This document shows positions 30,394-40,720 of a stretch of DNA of 64,000 nucleotides, one piece after another (positions within the stretch are counted from its first letter, which is position 1; each line of letters opens with the position of its first letter). The translations under genes were made by a program, and so were the position numbers. Under the pieces are notes generated by a model. It saw only the letters and a program-made list of their open reading frames with translations, ran no database searches and was not told the DNA's origin. The stretch comes from a bacterium (GTDB lineage: Bacteria; SAR324; NAC60-12), in NCBI GenBank assembly GCA_965205865.1, contig CBDBHR010000026.1:64001-128000 (forward strand). The letters are read 5' to 3'.

Positions 30394-31317
30394 ATGGTTA
30401 TGGATCGAAAAGATAATTTAAATCGATGCTTGGTGCATCGGGTCGGTGATCTCAGCCTGCACTCGCTGGTCGAAGAGGTCGAACCCGCTGGCCCCCTCGA
30501 GAAGCATTTTCCGGACGCTCGGTCGGAGGACTACACGCCACATCTCGATTGGCTGTCTCCGGCTGCCTACGACCGAAATCTCGGTCAAATGATCCTGCCG
30601 GTACATTCTTATCTGGTACGAACCTCCCACCACAACGTGCTGATCGACACCTGCATCGGCAACTGCAAGCAGGCGCCGGGCATGCCGAACTGGCACCAAC
30701 GCCAAGATTATCGTTTGCCGCAGATGTTGAGCGACTCCGGCGTCGCGCCCGAGCAAGTCGACTATGTGCTGTGTACCCACCTGCATCTGGACCACGTCGG
30801 TTGGAACACCAAACAGCAAGACGGGCGATGGGTACCGACTTTTCCCAACGCGCGCTACCTGTTCTCCCGCACCGAGCTCGCGTACTCCGAGCGCTGTGCC
30901 GCACAGGGTGATCCGATTTACGAAGAGAGCGTGGTGCCGATCCTCAAGGCGGGCTTGGCCGATCTGGTCGACACTGATCACACGCTCGACGACGAAATGT
31001 GGCTCGAGCCATTGCCGGGGCATACGCCGGGCCAGTGCGGCGTGTGTCTCGCCTCGCGCGGCGAGCGGGCGGTGATGGTGGGGGACGCGATTCACAATCC
31101 GATTCAACTCGCCTTTCCGCACTGGAGTCCATACGTCGATGATGATCCGGTCCAGGGTCGCGTCACGCGTCGGGCGATGCTCGAGCGCTACTGCGACTCC
31201 GGCACGTTGTTCATGACTGCGCATTTTCCGCTGCCGTCCATGGGCTACGTGTTGCCCGGCGAGCTCGCCTTTCGGCTGCGCTATGTGGGTGACGCGGCGA
31301 TGGTGCACGGCGCCTGA
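30394..31317 (+). CDS. Metallo-beta-lactamase fold hydrolase
   Basis: LIDTC, THLHLDHVGWN, PGHTPG, GDAIH, AHF. Confidence 0.92.
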   Translation: MVMDRKDNLNRCLVHRVGDLSLHSLVEEVEPAGPLEKHFPDARSEDYTPHLDWLSPAAYDRNLGQMILPVHSYLVRTSHHNVLIDTCIGNCKQAPGMPNWHQRQDYRLPQMLSDSGVAPEQVDYVLCTHLHLDHVGWNTKQQDGRWVPTFPNARYLFSRTELAYSERCAAQGDPIYEESVVPILKAGLADLVDTDHTLDDEMWLEPLPGHTPGQCGVCLASRGERAVMVGDAIHNPIQLAFPHWSPYVDDDPVQGRVTRRAMLERYCDSGTLFMTAHFPLPSMGYVLPGELAFRLRYVGDAAMVHGA

Positions 31318-31391
31318 CCACGTGGTGGCCATCCGCGAACGCGGCTGAATCCGTGAGGAATCGGGAAACAACGCTTTTCCGATACCGTGTC

Positions 31392-31418
31392 CATAGACGA
31401 CCAGGATGGTCGTCTATG
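31392..31418. promoter_or_regulatory. Perfect 12-3-12 palindrome, candidate repressor operator
   Basis: CATAGACGACCA-GGA-TGGTCGTCTATG, intergenic, no U-tract. Confidence 0.5.
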
Positions 31419-31726
31419 AACGAAGATAAAGTTGGCCCGCTCCGGAAGAGCGGGCCGAGGGAGGGGCCCGCGCTGGGAGGGGAGGCAGGCCCTGGGGAGG
31501 AGAGTATCTTTCGACGAGATGCGGCGCAAATGTTGCGCTCGTGAGTACGATTCGTGCAAAAGCGGCTGCACTTCGTGGCCAGAATGTGGCGGCATGCACC
31601 GGGCTTTTGTCGTTACACTCGCGGCCATTCCGCCCAGAGACCTGCTGACTGATGACCGTTGTTGTTGCCGTGCCCAAAGAGGATCGCGCCGTCATTTCGG
31701 CTGACTCCGGGCAGTCCGACAGCTCG

Positions 31727-32829
31727 ATGCTGGTGCCCCAAGCACTTCTATTGCGGCTACAGCAACTGTCCAAAAAATTCGGCGATGTCACTGCCTTGGA
31801 CAAGCTGCAAATCGATGTCGCGGACGGTGAATTTCTCACCCTGCTGGAACCTTCCGGCTGTGGTAAAAGCACTGCGCTGTATTGTATCGCCGGCCTGGAG
31901 CGTCCGACCTCGGGTGAGATCCTATTCGACGGCAAAGCAGTGACAGAGCTCGAACCACATGAGCGCAATATCGTAATGGTGTTTCAGGATTACGCGCTCT
32001 ATCCCCATATGTCGGTGCGTGACAATTTGGGATTCGGCCTGAAACAGCAAAAACTCGACGGTAAGTTGATCGCGAAACAGGTTGATACGGCCGGGCAGAT
32101 GCTGGGTTTGGGCGAGTTAATGCAGAGACGCCCCGTAGAGCTGAGCGGCGGCCAACGGCAAAGGGTCGCCGTAGGTCGCGCAGTGGTGCGTGACCCGACC
32201 GTATTGTTAATGGATGAGCCCTTATCCAACCTGGATGCCAGCTTACGGGTCAGGACCCGCACCGAGATCAAACGCTTGCAACGCGAGCTCGGTACTACAG
32301 CCATCTTTGTTACCCATGACCAGGAAGAGGCCATGGTGTTGTCCGACCGGGTGGCGGTGTTGCGTCAAGGCCAGTTACAGCAGATCGACTCGCCGCTGGA
32401 AGTCTATCGCAACCCCAACAACCTGTTTGTTGCTTCTTTTATCGGCAGTCCGGCGATGAATTTTATCGCTGGGTCATTAACCGTTGCAGACCGTCAGCTA
32501 CAATTCACTTCCCTGGATCATACCCGTTAGGACTTGAGACCATACGGGAAGAGACACTACGGGCCATCAACGGCACTCGTGAGGTCATGCTCGGCGTATG
32601 CCCGACCGATATGCTGGTGGCAGCCGAGCGGGAACTGTCCTTGACCGGGAATGTTTTTTTGGTCGAACCGATCGGTCCGATTACTTATGTTGATCTGGAT
32701 ATCGCCGGTTACACGCTTAAAGCGGTCGCTGATCCGGATCAGGCGCCGCAGATCGGCGATACCGTGAAGGTGGGTTTTTCCACCTCTCGGGTCTATGTCT
32801 TTGATCCTGCCAGCGAGTTACGCCTATAA
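31727..32829 (+). pseudogene. MalK/UgpC-type sugar ABC ATPase, broken before the TOBE domain
   Basis: Walker A altered (EPSGCGKST), LSGGQRQRV, LMDEPLSNLD; TAG at 32528 and a frameshift before 32587-32829. Confidence 0.85.
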
Positions 32830-33447
32830 GGCAGAAAACCCCTTCCAGTTTGTCCATGGCTCTGAAGAGCGATTCAGTTTTATAAAATGCAAAGAAGAGG
32901 AGGAAGTATGAAATGTAGAGGCTGGAGTCGACGAGATTATGTTCGGCAATATTCCAACCGGTGATGTCGAAGCCTATCAGCGCGTGGAAGAGGAAATTGT
33001 CGCGGTCTTTTGATTGATAGATCCTCCGGACACGAAAAAACTTATTTTTCCAAACCAAGAGAAAGTGCATGCTCAAGGGCCTGTCTGGCACAAAAAACTC
33101 TTCGATTTAGATCATCCTTGTCATGATTGTATAGTTCAAAGCTGCTCCTTGGAAATCATGTTTTTTGAGTTTTAAGGTTTTCATTATCGTGTAAGGACGT
33201 GAAAACGATGGATCCTCCCCAGGATTTTTTTTTCAATGTTATTTAACCAAACTGGTTCTTTGGAGACCTGAAATAGTTACGATATATTTTGCTACCTGCG
33301 CATAAGATTCAATCGGGTCTTTGGGATGGAAAATTATCTGTGTTTCCAAGTAAGATTTCAATAAAAAATAATCTCTATCCGTATACGCGCATTCGGTTGT
33401 CAAATAAGGCAACTGATCAGGCAAGATTCTACAGGTTTAAGTTTCCA

Positions 33448-34764
33448 TCATTCAATATTTCCCAGATCTTCGCTGATTTCTGCGGGGGGTTTGTATGGTT
33501 GTGGATTTTTGAGGTGAATGAGGTGTACCCTTCTGCCAAATTTTTCGTGAAAGCGAGCGGGACGCTCCAGGGATGCGAATTCCTGAAAGGTCCATCCGAC
33601 GCTGGGCGCATATTTTTTGAAGTAGCCCAAGGCGTCGACGGGGGTATCCTGTTCTCGCCAATCGTGGAGGGTCAGATAGCAGGATCCTCCAGGTTTCAAA
33701 GTTTTCCTCAGTCTTAAAAGAATCTCACGAAAGAAGAGCTTCCATTGCTTCGGAGACATGCGCCTGGGTCCGATTTCATGGTGTTTCAAGTCTTTTTCAG
33801 ACAAATCGAGCCATTTCAATTGCAACTGGTAATGGCGGTAATAATCATAAGCGTCCGGCATGGGAGGATTGGTGATGATCAAATCCACGGGCTTTTCTTG
33901 AAAGCCATCCGGCGCATCAGTGAGCTTGTTTATGTCTTTCGCGGAAAGAATGGCAGCATTGGTCTTTACGGGGATTTTGCGATTGAATTCGTTTTGTAAT
34001 TTCAGCAATTCCTCCGTCAGGGTGAGCATGAGTCGCGAAATCACTCCTTTGCGGATAGAGGGGGTTTTTCGCTCTCCGGTCGGGTCTGCGCATTCATTTG
34101 AAAATCTGAATACCAAACCGACGAACACTGCACGTAGCGTCTCCCGGACCGGGGACGGGGGTAGCTTGTCGATCGCGTCGATCCAGGTCAGCAACTCCAC
34201 AAAAAGATGGGGAGCATAATGGGGTTTCAGCCAGGTCACGTTTCTACGGAGGATGATTTTTCTCTCTGCGGAACCATCTCTGGCGTTGACCTTTTGCTGC
34301 AAATTTTCGACCGTCCGGAGGACATGACGACTTTCAAGCGGAGTGCGCAGACGGCAGCGTTCTCGAGCCACCAGGGTTGCGATCGGATTCAGATCGTTTC
34401 CGGAAACTTCAAAGCCCCGACACATCCCCTCCACCAGGACGGTCCCTCCTCCCATGAAAGGGTCGAAAATCCGAAAACCCTTTCGCGCTTCCATTTTTTC
34501 CAGAAGCCGGCGCACGAGATGGGGATGACAGCGTCCCGGATAGGAATGGAAACCATGAGTGAAGGCAAAGTCAGGAGTGCGGAACTTCGGAAGAATCAAG
34601 GCCTGTACCAGCCGGGAATTGCCTTCTCCCTGTGGGCTAGTGCCGGTTTTTGCGGGAGAAACAGGTTCCCGGCGCACTGCCCTGATTTTTTTCCCGCTCG
34701 TATGCTGGGAATGAATCCTTTTTTTCTGCAAAGCTCTTTCGCCTAAAGGCAGTTTATTCGTCAT
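33448..34764 (-). CDS. SAM-dependent amino-methyltransferase (N4C/N6A DNA methylase-like)
   Basis: THGFHSYPGR, DPFMGGGTVLVE..G.DLNP, DLIITNPPM..YDY, LKPGG. Confidence 0.75.
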   Translation of the reverse strand: MTNKLPLGERALQKKRIHSQHTSGKKIRAVRREPVSPAKTGTSPQGEGNSRLVQALILPKFRTPDFAFTHGFHSYPGRCHPHLVRRLLEKMEARKGFRIFDPFMGGGTVLVEGMCRGFEVSGNDLNPIATLVARERCRLRTPLESRHVLRTVENLQQKVNARDGSAERKIILRRNVTWLKPHYAPHLFVELLTWIDAIDKLPPSPVRETLRAVFVGLVFRFSNECADPTGERKTPSIRKGVISRLMLTLTEELLKLQNEFNRKIPVKTNAAILSAKDINKLTDAPDGFQEKPVDLIITNPPMPDAYDYYRHYQLQLKWLDLSEKDLKHHEIGPRRMSPKQWKLFFREILLRLRKTLKPGGSCYLTLHDWREQDTPVDALGYFKKYAPSVGWTFQEFASLERPARFHEKFGRRVHLIHLKNPQPYKPPAEISEDLGNIE

Positions 34765-34855
34765 GCAATGGATTGAATAATTGAGGACGAGAATCAATCC
34801 AAGTCCTCGAGTTTACTGAAGATTCGTTCAAATTTTGAATTTATTGCGATGCACG

Positions 34856-34975
34856 GGTTTAATACCCCGCAGCTTGTTGCGTATTAAAAATTGAAGTTCT
34901 GAAATATACCCCGCTTGAGCGAAGCGAAAGTCGAGCCTAAGCAAGAGGGTTTGCCCCGGGGATCTTTATTAAACC
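34856..34975. repeat. Degenerate REP/IS200-end-like palindromic element
   Basis: Outer IR GGTTTAATA/TATTAAACC, ATACCCCGC twice, hairpin CGCAGCTTGTTGCG, CCCCGGGG. Confidence 0.45.
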
Positions 34976-35165
34976 TTAAAATGAACTCGGGGTTCTCTAG
35001 AAGTCGTGAAAAAAGCTTGAATTCTAACGAATTCTCCTCAAAATGAAAGTGAAAGATTGGAATGCGCCTGCTTAATCTGCGCAATGCTATTGACATAATT
35101 CCGACATGCTGTAGAATCAGCCTAATAAGTACTAATTGAGAAAGTTCTGCATAAAGGAGCCTGCT

Positions 35166-36098
35166 ATGTTCAATTTTAAAGACCTGTCCAATTCCGAAAC
35201 AGAAGAAGAAAAATTCGACCCCGAAGCCTTTCGCCTGTCTTTTGCTGATTTTTTGGAGAAACGAAGGACGGCGGCGCGACCATACGTCTTTGATTTGAGG
35301 ACCGCTGAAGAATTTGAACATTCCCATCTGACGGGTGCCTACTCGCTGCCCATGTATCACTTTGAAGACGCCATTTACCAAATGCCCTATGAAGGAGATA
35401 TCCTGCTTTATGGCGGCGAAAATGATGAAGGGCGGCAAGCGGCGGAAATCCTCTATGAAAACGGATTCGACACTTTCCATTTTATCGAAGACTACCAGGG
35501 TCTGCTCGAATCTTTACGCCATGCCAGGTATTCCATTACCAACCACGCAATGGAAGGAATCAGGAAACGATTGCAAGATTCCTCCTTGAAGGGTTTTCGC
35601 ATTGTAGTCAAACCCATCTCAACAAAAAAAGCAAGGTACGGTTTCGCCTTCGTCAGTGCGGAAGAGGATACTTCCCGGGACACCGTCCTTGATTGCGGAG
35701 ATTTTGATATTTACTTGGACGCGGATGCGATGTTGTTCCTGGAAGGTACCACTGTCGACTATGACAACACTTCCGAAGAAAGATTCCAGGTCTCCAATCC
35801 GGAAAGAGAAGTGTCATCACTGAATGGTGACGAGAAGGAAATGATGGAACAACTGCTGGCAGAACAGATCAATCCAATGGTAGCTTCCCACGGTGGCTTC
35901 GTCGAGTTGATCGACATCAAGGAGGGTCGGATCTATCTGGAGTTCGGAGGCGGTTGCAAAGGTTGTGGCATGGTGAGCGCAACTTTGAAACAAGGAGTGG
36001 AAGTGCTGGTGAAGGAAAATATTCCGGGAATCGAGGAAATTCTGGACGTGACCGATCATGCCAATGGCACCAATCCCTATTACCAGCCTGGAAAATAA
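35166..36098 (+). CDS. Rhodanese-like + degenerate A-type carrier + NifU fusion (NfuA-like Fe-S carrier)
   Basis: DLRTAEEFEHSHLTGA; FLEGTTVDY; INPMVASHGG, GGGCKGC..TLKQGVE, DVTDHANGTNPYY; RBS AAGGAG. Confidence 0.88.
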   Translation: MFNFKDLSNSETEEEKFDPEAFRLSFADFLEKRRTAARPYVFDLRTAEEFEHSHLTGAYSLPMYHFEDAIYQMPYEGDILLYGGENDEGRQAAEILYENGFDTFHFIEDYQGLLESLRHARYSITNHAMEGIRKRLQDSSLKGFRIVVKPISTKKARYGFAFVSAEEDTSRDTVLDCGDFDIYLDADAMLFLEGTTVDYDNTSEERFQVSNPEREVSSLNGDEKEMMEQLLAEQINPMVASHGGFVELIDIKEGRIYLEFGGGCKGCGMVSATLKQGVEVLVKENIPGIEEILDVTDHANGTNPYYQPGK

Positions 36099-36103
36099 GG
36101 TCG

Positions 36104-37522
36104 ATGCAACATGCGCTTTTGATTTCAACTTATGACCTGGGACATCAACCCTTCGGATTAGCCTCCCCGGCAGCCTGGCTGCAAAAGCATGGTTTTACGG
36201 TCCATTGCGGGGATACCTCCTTGGATCCTCTGCCTGTCGAGACCATCGAACAAGCGGATCTGATTGCTTTTTATCTTCCCATGCACACCGCAACCCGCCT
36301 CGCGGTCCGCACGATTTCCCAAGTCGTGCAAATCAACCCCAAGGCCCATCTTTGCTGCTACGGTTTGTACGCCCCCTTGAATGAAGACTACCTTCGCAGT
36401 CTGGGAGTGGGTACTATTCTGGGTGGCGAATTCGAAGCAGGTCTGCTCCATCTGGCCCGGCGTCTGAAAAACAGGGAAGGGCCGTTGCGGGCCTCACGCC
36501 AGCAAGAACCCGTCATCTCCCTGGCAAGACAGCAGTTCCTGCTCCCGGAACGTGGCAATCTGCCGGAGTTATCTCGTTACTCGCAATTGGTCCGGAGCGG
36601 GCAGAGCACAGGGACGGTTGGTTACGTGGAAGCATCCAGAGGATGCAAACATTCGTGTCGTCATTGTCCGATCGTGCCGATTTACAAGGGCAAATTCCGC
36701 ATAGTTCAAGCGGATATCGTGCGAGCGGACGTTCGTCAGCAAGTCGAAGCGGGAGCGGAACACATCACCTTCGGTGACCCCGATTTTTTCAATGGCACCG
36801 GACATACCCTGCCCTTGGTTCAGGCCATACACGATGAATTTCCCCGCCTGAGCTATGATGTCACCATCAAAATCGAACACATATTACGCCATGCGCATCT
36901 ACTGCCATTGCTGCAGGAAACAGGCTGCGTGATGGTCACCAGTGCCGTCGAATCCATTGACGAGCGGGTGTTGTCGATCTTTCGAAAGAATCACACGCAT
37001 GCGAATTTCATTCAAGCCGTTCAATTGCTCGATGAGACGAGTCTGGCTCTCAATCCGACCTTCATTCCCTTCACCCCCTGGACGACTGTCGAGGGTTACC
37101 GGGAATTGCTCTCCGCCATCCATGAGTTGGATCTGGTGGCAAGGGTCGCTCCTGTTCAATGGACGATTCGCCTGTTGATTCCAGCCGGCTCCCTACTTCT
37201 CGAGATCCCGGAAATTCGTGGAATTACAGGCAAATTCAACAATTCCTCTCTCACCTATGAATGGCGTCACCCGGACGAAAGAGTTGACGCGCTTCATGAA
37301 GAAATCACCCGGATCGTTACAGTGGAAACGGCAAAGCAAACATCGCATCAAAAAATTTTTACCATGATCTGGGAGAGAACGAATCAGTACTCGCCGCAGA
37401 ACCTCCCACCCCCCCTGCTACCCACGATTTCCTCTCGCGCCGCTTTCCCTTATTTGAATGAACCCTGGTATTGTTGAGCAGAGCCCTTGGATGAGCAGGT
37501 GGCTCGTCTCGGTGGCATTTGA
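36104..37522 (+). CDS. B12-binding radical SAM selenoprotein, CUAEP-tail type (UGA 37475-37477 read as Sec)
   Basis: N-terminal cobalamin-binding-like QPFGLASPAAWL; SRGCKHSCRHC; tail YLNEPWYC-U-AEPLDEQVARLGGI*; SECIS-like hairpin 37490-37508. Confidence 0.88.
37490..37508 (+). promoter_or_regulatory. Putative bacterial SECIS element
   Basis: Stem GAUGAGC / GCUCGUC (one G-U pair) with loop AGGUG, 12 nt after the UGA. Confidence 0.78.
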
Positions 37523-37583
37523 ACTATCCGGCATTTTTCGTTCAGGAACAAACCTTAAATAACCTGTCAGATTATTCCAATGG

Positions 37584-37663
37584 GCAAAATTGGGGGACAT
37601 GTAACAGCAGGCATCCCAACTCTACTGTTTTATGCCTGCTGTTACCTGTCCCCTAATTTTTGC
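37584..37663. repeat. Long imperfect inverted repeat (~31-bp arms), same family as 6962-7170; may also act as a terminator
   Basis: GCAAAATTGGGGGACATGTAACAGCAGGCAT ... ATGCCTGCTGTTACCTGTCCCCTAATTTTTGC. Confidence 0.85.
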
Positions 37664-37815
37664 TATCCTGATTACTAACTTATTTTTTGTTCCCAGGGTT
37701 CCTTCGGACTGCTGATTGATTTTGCAGGGAATGCAGGTAGAGTGTGGGTTTAAAACTCTCGGAAACAGACGGAATCAACCGCCAAAACGTGATATTGAAA
37801 AAGACTGATCAAAAT

Positions 37816-38814
37816 ATGCAAATCGAACACTCGTCCCTCTCTCCCGACACTACTCCGGATACCACCATCGACGTTCGTCAAGCATTCAGCATCGATATCG
37901 ATTTGCAAGTGCCGGCTTTCTCCGAGCGGACAGAGCAAGTACCGGAGTACGACAAGGTGTATCGTTTCAACCGGGAAACGACCCTGGCGATTCTTGCCGG
38001 TTTTGCCTTCAACCGTCGCGTGATGATTCAAGGCTACCATGGCACGGGAAAATCGACCCATATCGAGCAGGTCGCGGCCCGCTTGAATTGGCCCTGCATC
38101 CGCGTCAACCTGGACAGCCATATCAGCCGCATCGACCTGATCGGCAAGGACGCCATCGTTCTCAAGGAAGGGAAACAGGTCACCGAATTCCGCGAAGGCA
38201 TCCTTCCCTGGTGTCTGCAGCATCCGGTGGTCTTGGTATTCGACGAGTATGATGCCGGCCGTCCGGATGTCATGTTCGTCATCCAGCGTGTCCTGGAAGT
38301 GGAAGGCAAATTGACGCTGTTGGACCAGAACCGGGTGATTCACCCCCACTCTCATTTCAGGTTGTTTTCCACCACCAATACGGTGGGTTTGGGGGATACT
38401 TCCGGTCTTTATCATGGCACCCAGCAAATCAATCAAGGGCAGATGGACCGCTGGAACATCGTCACCACCTTGAATTACCTGCCACCGGAAGAAGAAATGA
38501 AAGTAGCCCTGGTCAATGCTCCCGAATGGCAGACCGAAGCAGGGCGAAGAACCGTTGCCAGTATGGTTTCCGTGGCCAACCTGACTCGGCAGGGATTCAT
38601 GAACGGTGATATTTCCACCGTCATGTCCCCGCGTACGGTCATCAATTGGGCGGAAAATGCATCGATCTTCAAGGATATCGGCTTTGCCTTCCGAGTCACT
38701 TACTTGAATAAATGCGACGAAATGGAACGCGCCACCATTGCAGAATACTACCAGCGTTGTCTGGGGGAAGAATTGTATGAATCCATCGTCAACCTGGCCC
38801 AGCTCGATTGCTAG
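37816..38814 (+). CDS. cobS: Cobaltochelatase subunit CobS (MoxR-like AAA+ ATPase)
   Basis: [52 protein letters not shown]. Confidence 0.93.
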   Translation: MQIEHSSLSPDTTPDTTIDVRQAFSIDIDLQVPAFSERTEQVPEYDKVYRFNRETTLAILAGFAFNRRVMIQGYHGTGKSTHIEQVAARLNWPCIRVNLDSHISRIDLIGKDAIVLKEGKQVTEFREGILPWCLQHPVVLVFDEYDAGRPDVMFVIQRVLEVEGKLTLLDQNRVIHPHSHFRLFSTTNTVGLGDTSGLYHGTQQINQGQMDRWNIVTTLNYLPPEEEMKVALVNAPEWQTEAGRRTVASMVSVANLTRQGFMNGDISTVMSPRTVINWAENASIFKDIGFAFRVTYLNKCDEMERATIAEYYQRCLGEELYESIVNLAQLDC

Positions 38815-38851
38815 CTCACCAATACGACGATTCCGCGAAAAAGAGGAATAT

Positions 38852-40675
38852 TTGAAGAAGCCCAATGATTCCATGGAGACGCTCAAGCGGGCGCTCAGCG
38901 AAACCATGCGTGCCATTGCGGAGCAAAAAGACCTGCATGTCACTTTCAGCGGCAGCGCGCCTCTGATGAAAAACAAGGCCTCGCTGATCCCCCTGCCCAC
39001 CTCCGCCTTCACTCCTGATGAGATCGCCAAAAGTAGGGGTGCGGCGGACGCGTATGCCCTCCGCCTGCGCTACCACGATGACGAGATCCATCAAAATTTC
39101 AAACCGGAAACGGGCATGGCCTTGTCCATCTTCGAAGCAACCGAGGATGCGCGCCTGGCGGTTATCGGTTCAACTCATATGAAAGGCGTGGGCCACAATC
39201 TGGCCTGCGCGATGGAAGAGCGGCTCCGGCAACAGCAAAACTCGTCCTGTCGAGATAAAGAAGCCGAAGACGATCTGGGAGAAGCGCTCGGACTGCTCTT
39301 GCGGGAAAAATTGATCAGCCGTTCACTGTTGCCCCTCGCCAAAACTCTGCTCGACCAGAAACGAGAGTGGCTCGAAGAAAAATTGGCGGGGGAACTCGAT
39401 ACCGTTACGGAATTGATCCACGATCAGCAAGCCTTTGCCCTTAAATTCCGCCAGATCATCGAGTTGTTGGGATTTGAAAACCAGTTGAACTCCCCTCCTG
39501 AAGAAGATCCGCAGCAGGACGAAGATGACGAATTGGAAGAAAAACCACCAGATTCCGAAATGGATGAAGATTCCGAATCTGCCCAATTCGAAGAAGAGGA
39601 AAACGAAAGAGAAGGAGGAGAGGAGGATTTCGATCCCAACCGGGAGTGGCTTGATTCGGAGGAGTCTACCGAATCGGTACCCCTGCGACGTCCCCGCGTA
39701 GAATTTGGTGATATTACGAAAAATTTCTACTGCGCCTACACCACGGAATACGATGAAACGGTGAGGGCGGAAGAGTTGAGTGACCCCGAATCTTTGACTC
39801 GACTTCGCAAGCACCTGGATTATCAACTGGAGCCTATAAAAAATATCACAACCCGTCTGGCAGTCTGGCTGCAACGTCGCTTGATGGCCGTTCAGCAGCG
39901 CAGTTGGGAATTTGGCCTGGATGAAGGGATCCTCAATACGGCCCAATTGGCGGGGATCATCGTCAACCCCCTCCATTCGTTATCTTTCAAGCGGGAAAAA
40001 GATACTGAATTCCGGGACACGGTCGTGTCCCTTCTAATCGATTGTTCCGGTTCGATGCGGGGACGGCCGATGACCATTGCCGCCATGTGCGCCGATATCC
40101 TGGCGCAAACCCTGGAACGCTGTTCGGTCAGGGTCGAACTGCTGGGTTTTACGACAAGGGCATGGAAAGGCGGTAAATCCAGAGAGGATTGGTTGGCCCG
40201 GGGTAAACCTGAAAACCCGGGACGGTTGAATGATTTGCGGCACATTATCTATAAAGACGCCGATGTTCCCTACCGCCGGGCGCGGAAAAATCTTGGCTTG
40301 ATGATGCGAGAGGATTTGCTGAAGGAAAACATAGACGGCGAATCTCTCTTGTGGGCCCATAACCGCATTGCGGGACGGGAAGAACAGCGTAAAATCCTGA
40401 TGGTGATTTCCGATGGTCTGCCCGTGGACAACAGCACTTTGCTGGTCAACAAAAAAAACTTTCTGGAACGGCATCTTCATGCAGTGATCGAGGCGGTTGA
40501 AACATGTTCTCCAGTCGAATTGGTAGCCATCGGCATTGGTCATGATGTCAAACATTATTATAAAAGAGCCGTGCGAATTGCGGAAGTCGGCGAATTGGGA
40601 AAAACGATGGTGGAACAATTGACCGATCTTTTCGACATCAAAAAAAATCAAAATCGTCCGCGCAGCAGAATGTAG
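38852..40675 (+). CDS. cobT: Cobaltochelatase subunit CobT (acidic linker + vWA domain)
   Basis: RGAADA.ALR, acidic tract, [42 protein letters not shown] start after GAGGA. Confidence 0.92.
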   Translation: MKKPNDSMETLKRALSETMRAIAEQKDLHVTFSGSAPLMKNKASLIPLPTSAFTPDEIAKSRGAADAYALRLRYHDDEIHQNFKPETGMALSIFEATEDARLAVIGSTHMKGVGHNLACAMEERLRQQQNSSCRDKEAEDDLGEALGLLLREKLISRSLLPLAKTLLDQKREWLEEKLAGELDTVTELIHDQQAFALKFRQIIELLGFENQLNSPPEEDPQQDEDDELEEKPPDSEMDEDSESAQFEEEENEREGGEEDFDPNREWLDSEESTESVPLRRPRVEFGDITKNFYCAYTTEYDETVRAEELSDPESLTRLRKHLDYQLEPIKNITTRLAVWLQRRLMAVQQRSWEFGLDEGILNTAQLAGIIVNPLHSLSFKREKDTEFRDTVVSLLIDCSGSMRGRPMTIAAMCADILAQTLERCSVRVELLGFTTRAWKGGKSREDWLARGKPENPGRLNDLRHIIYKDADVPYRRARKNLGLMMREDLLKENIDGESLLWAHNRIAGREEQRKILMVISDGLPVDNSTLLVNKKNFLERHLHAVIEAVETCSPVELVAIGIGHDVKHYYKRAVRIAEVGELGKTMVEQLTDLFDIKKNQNRPRSRM

Positions 40676-40720
40676 TTGGCAAAATGTCCGCGCTGCCGTC
40701 TCTGTTGAGCGAAGTTTCGT

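Noticed and set aside
12133-32530. Amber (TAG) recoding or pyrrolysine, suggested by in-frame TAGs at 12133, 18991, 19069 and 32528
   Set aside because: The TAGs replace different expected residues, occur with frameshifts or motif damage, and intact genes such as carB end in TAG; pseudogenisation is simpler
21497-32829. Classical integron cassette array
   Set aside because: No recurring attC-like structures recognised between genes and no IntI integrase
32717-33717. Short ORFs at the right edge of the island
   Set aside because: No recognisable motifs; likely decayed or spurious
37750-39030. Long antisense ORFs (also 30418-31371, 9370-10119, 56227-56994)
   Set aside because: Shadows of well-supported genes on the opposite strand, with no recognisable motifs
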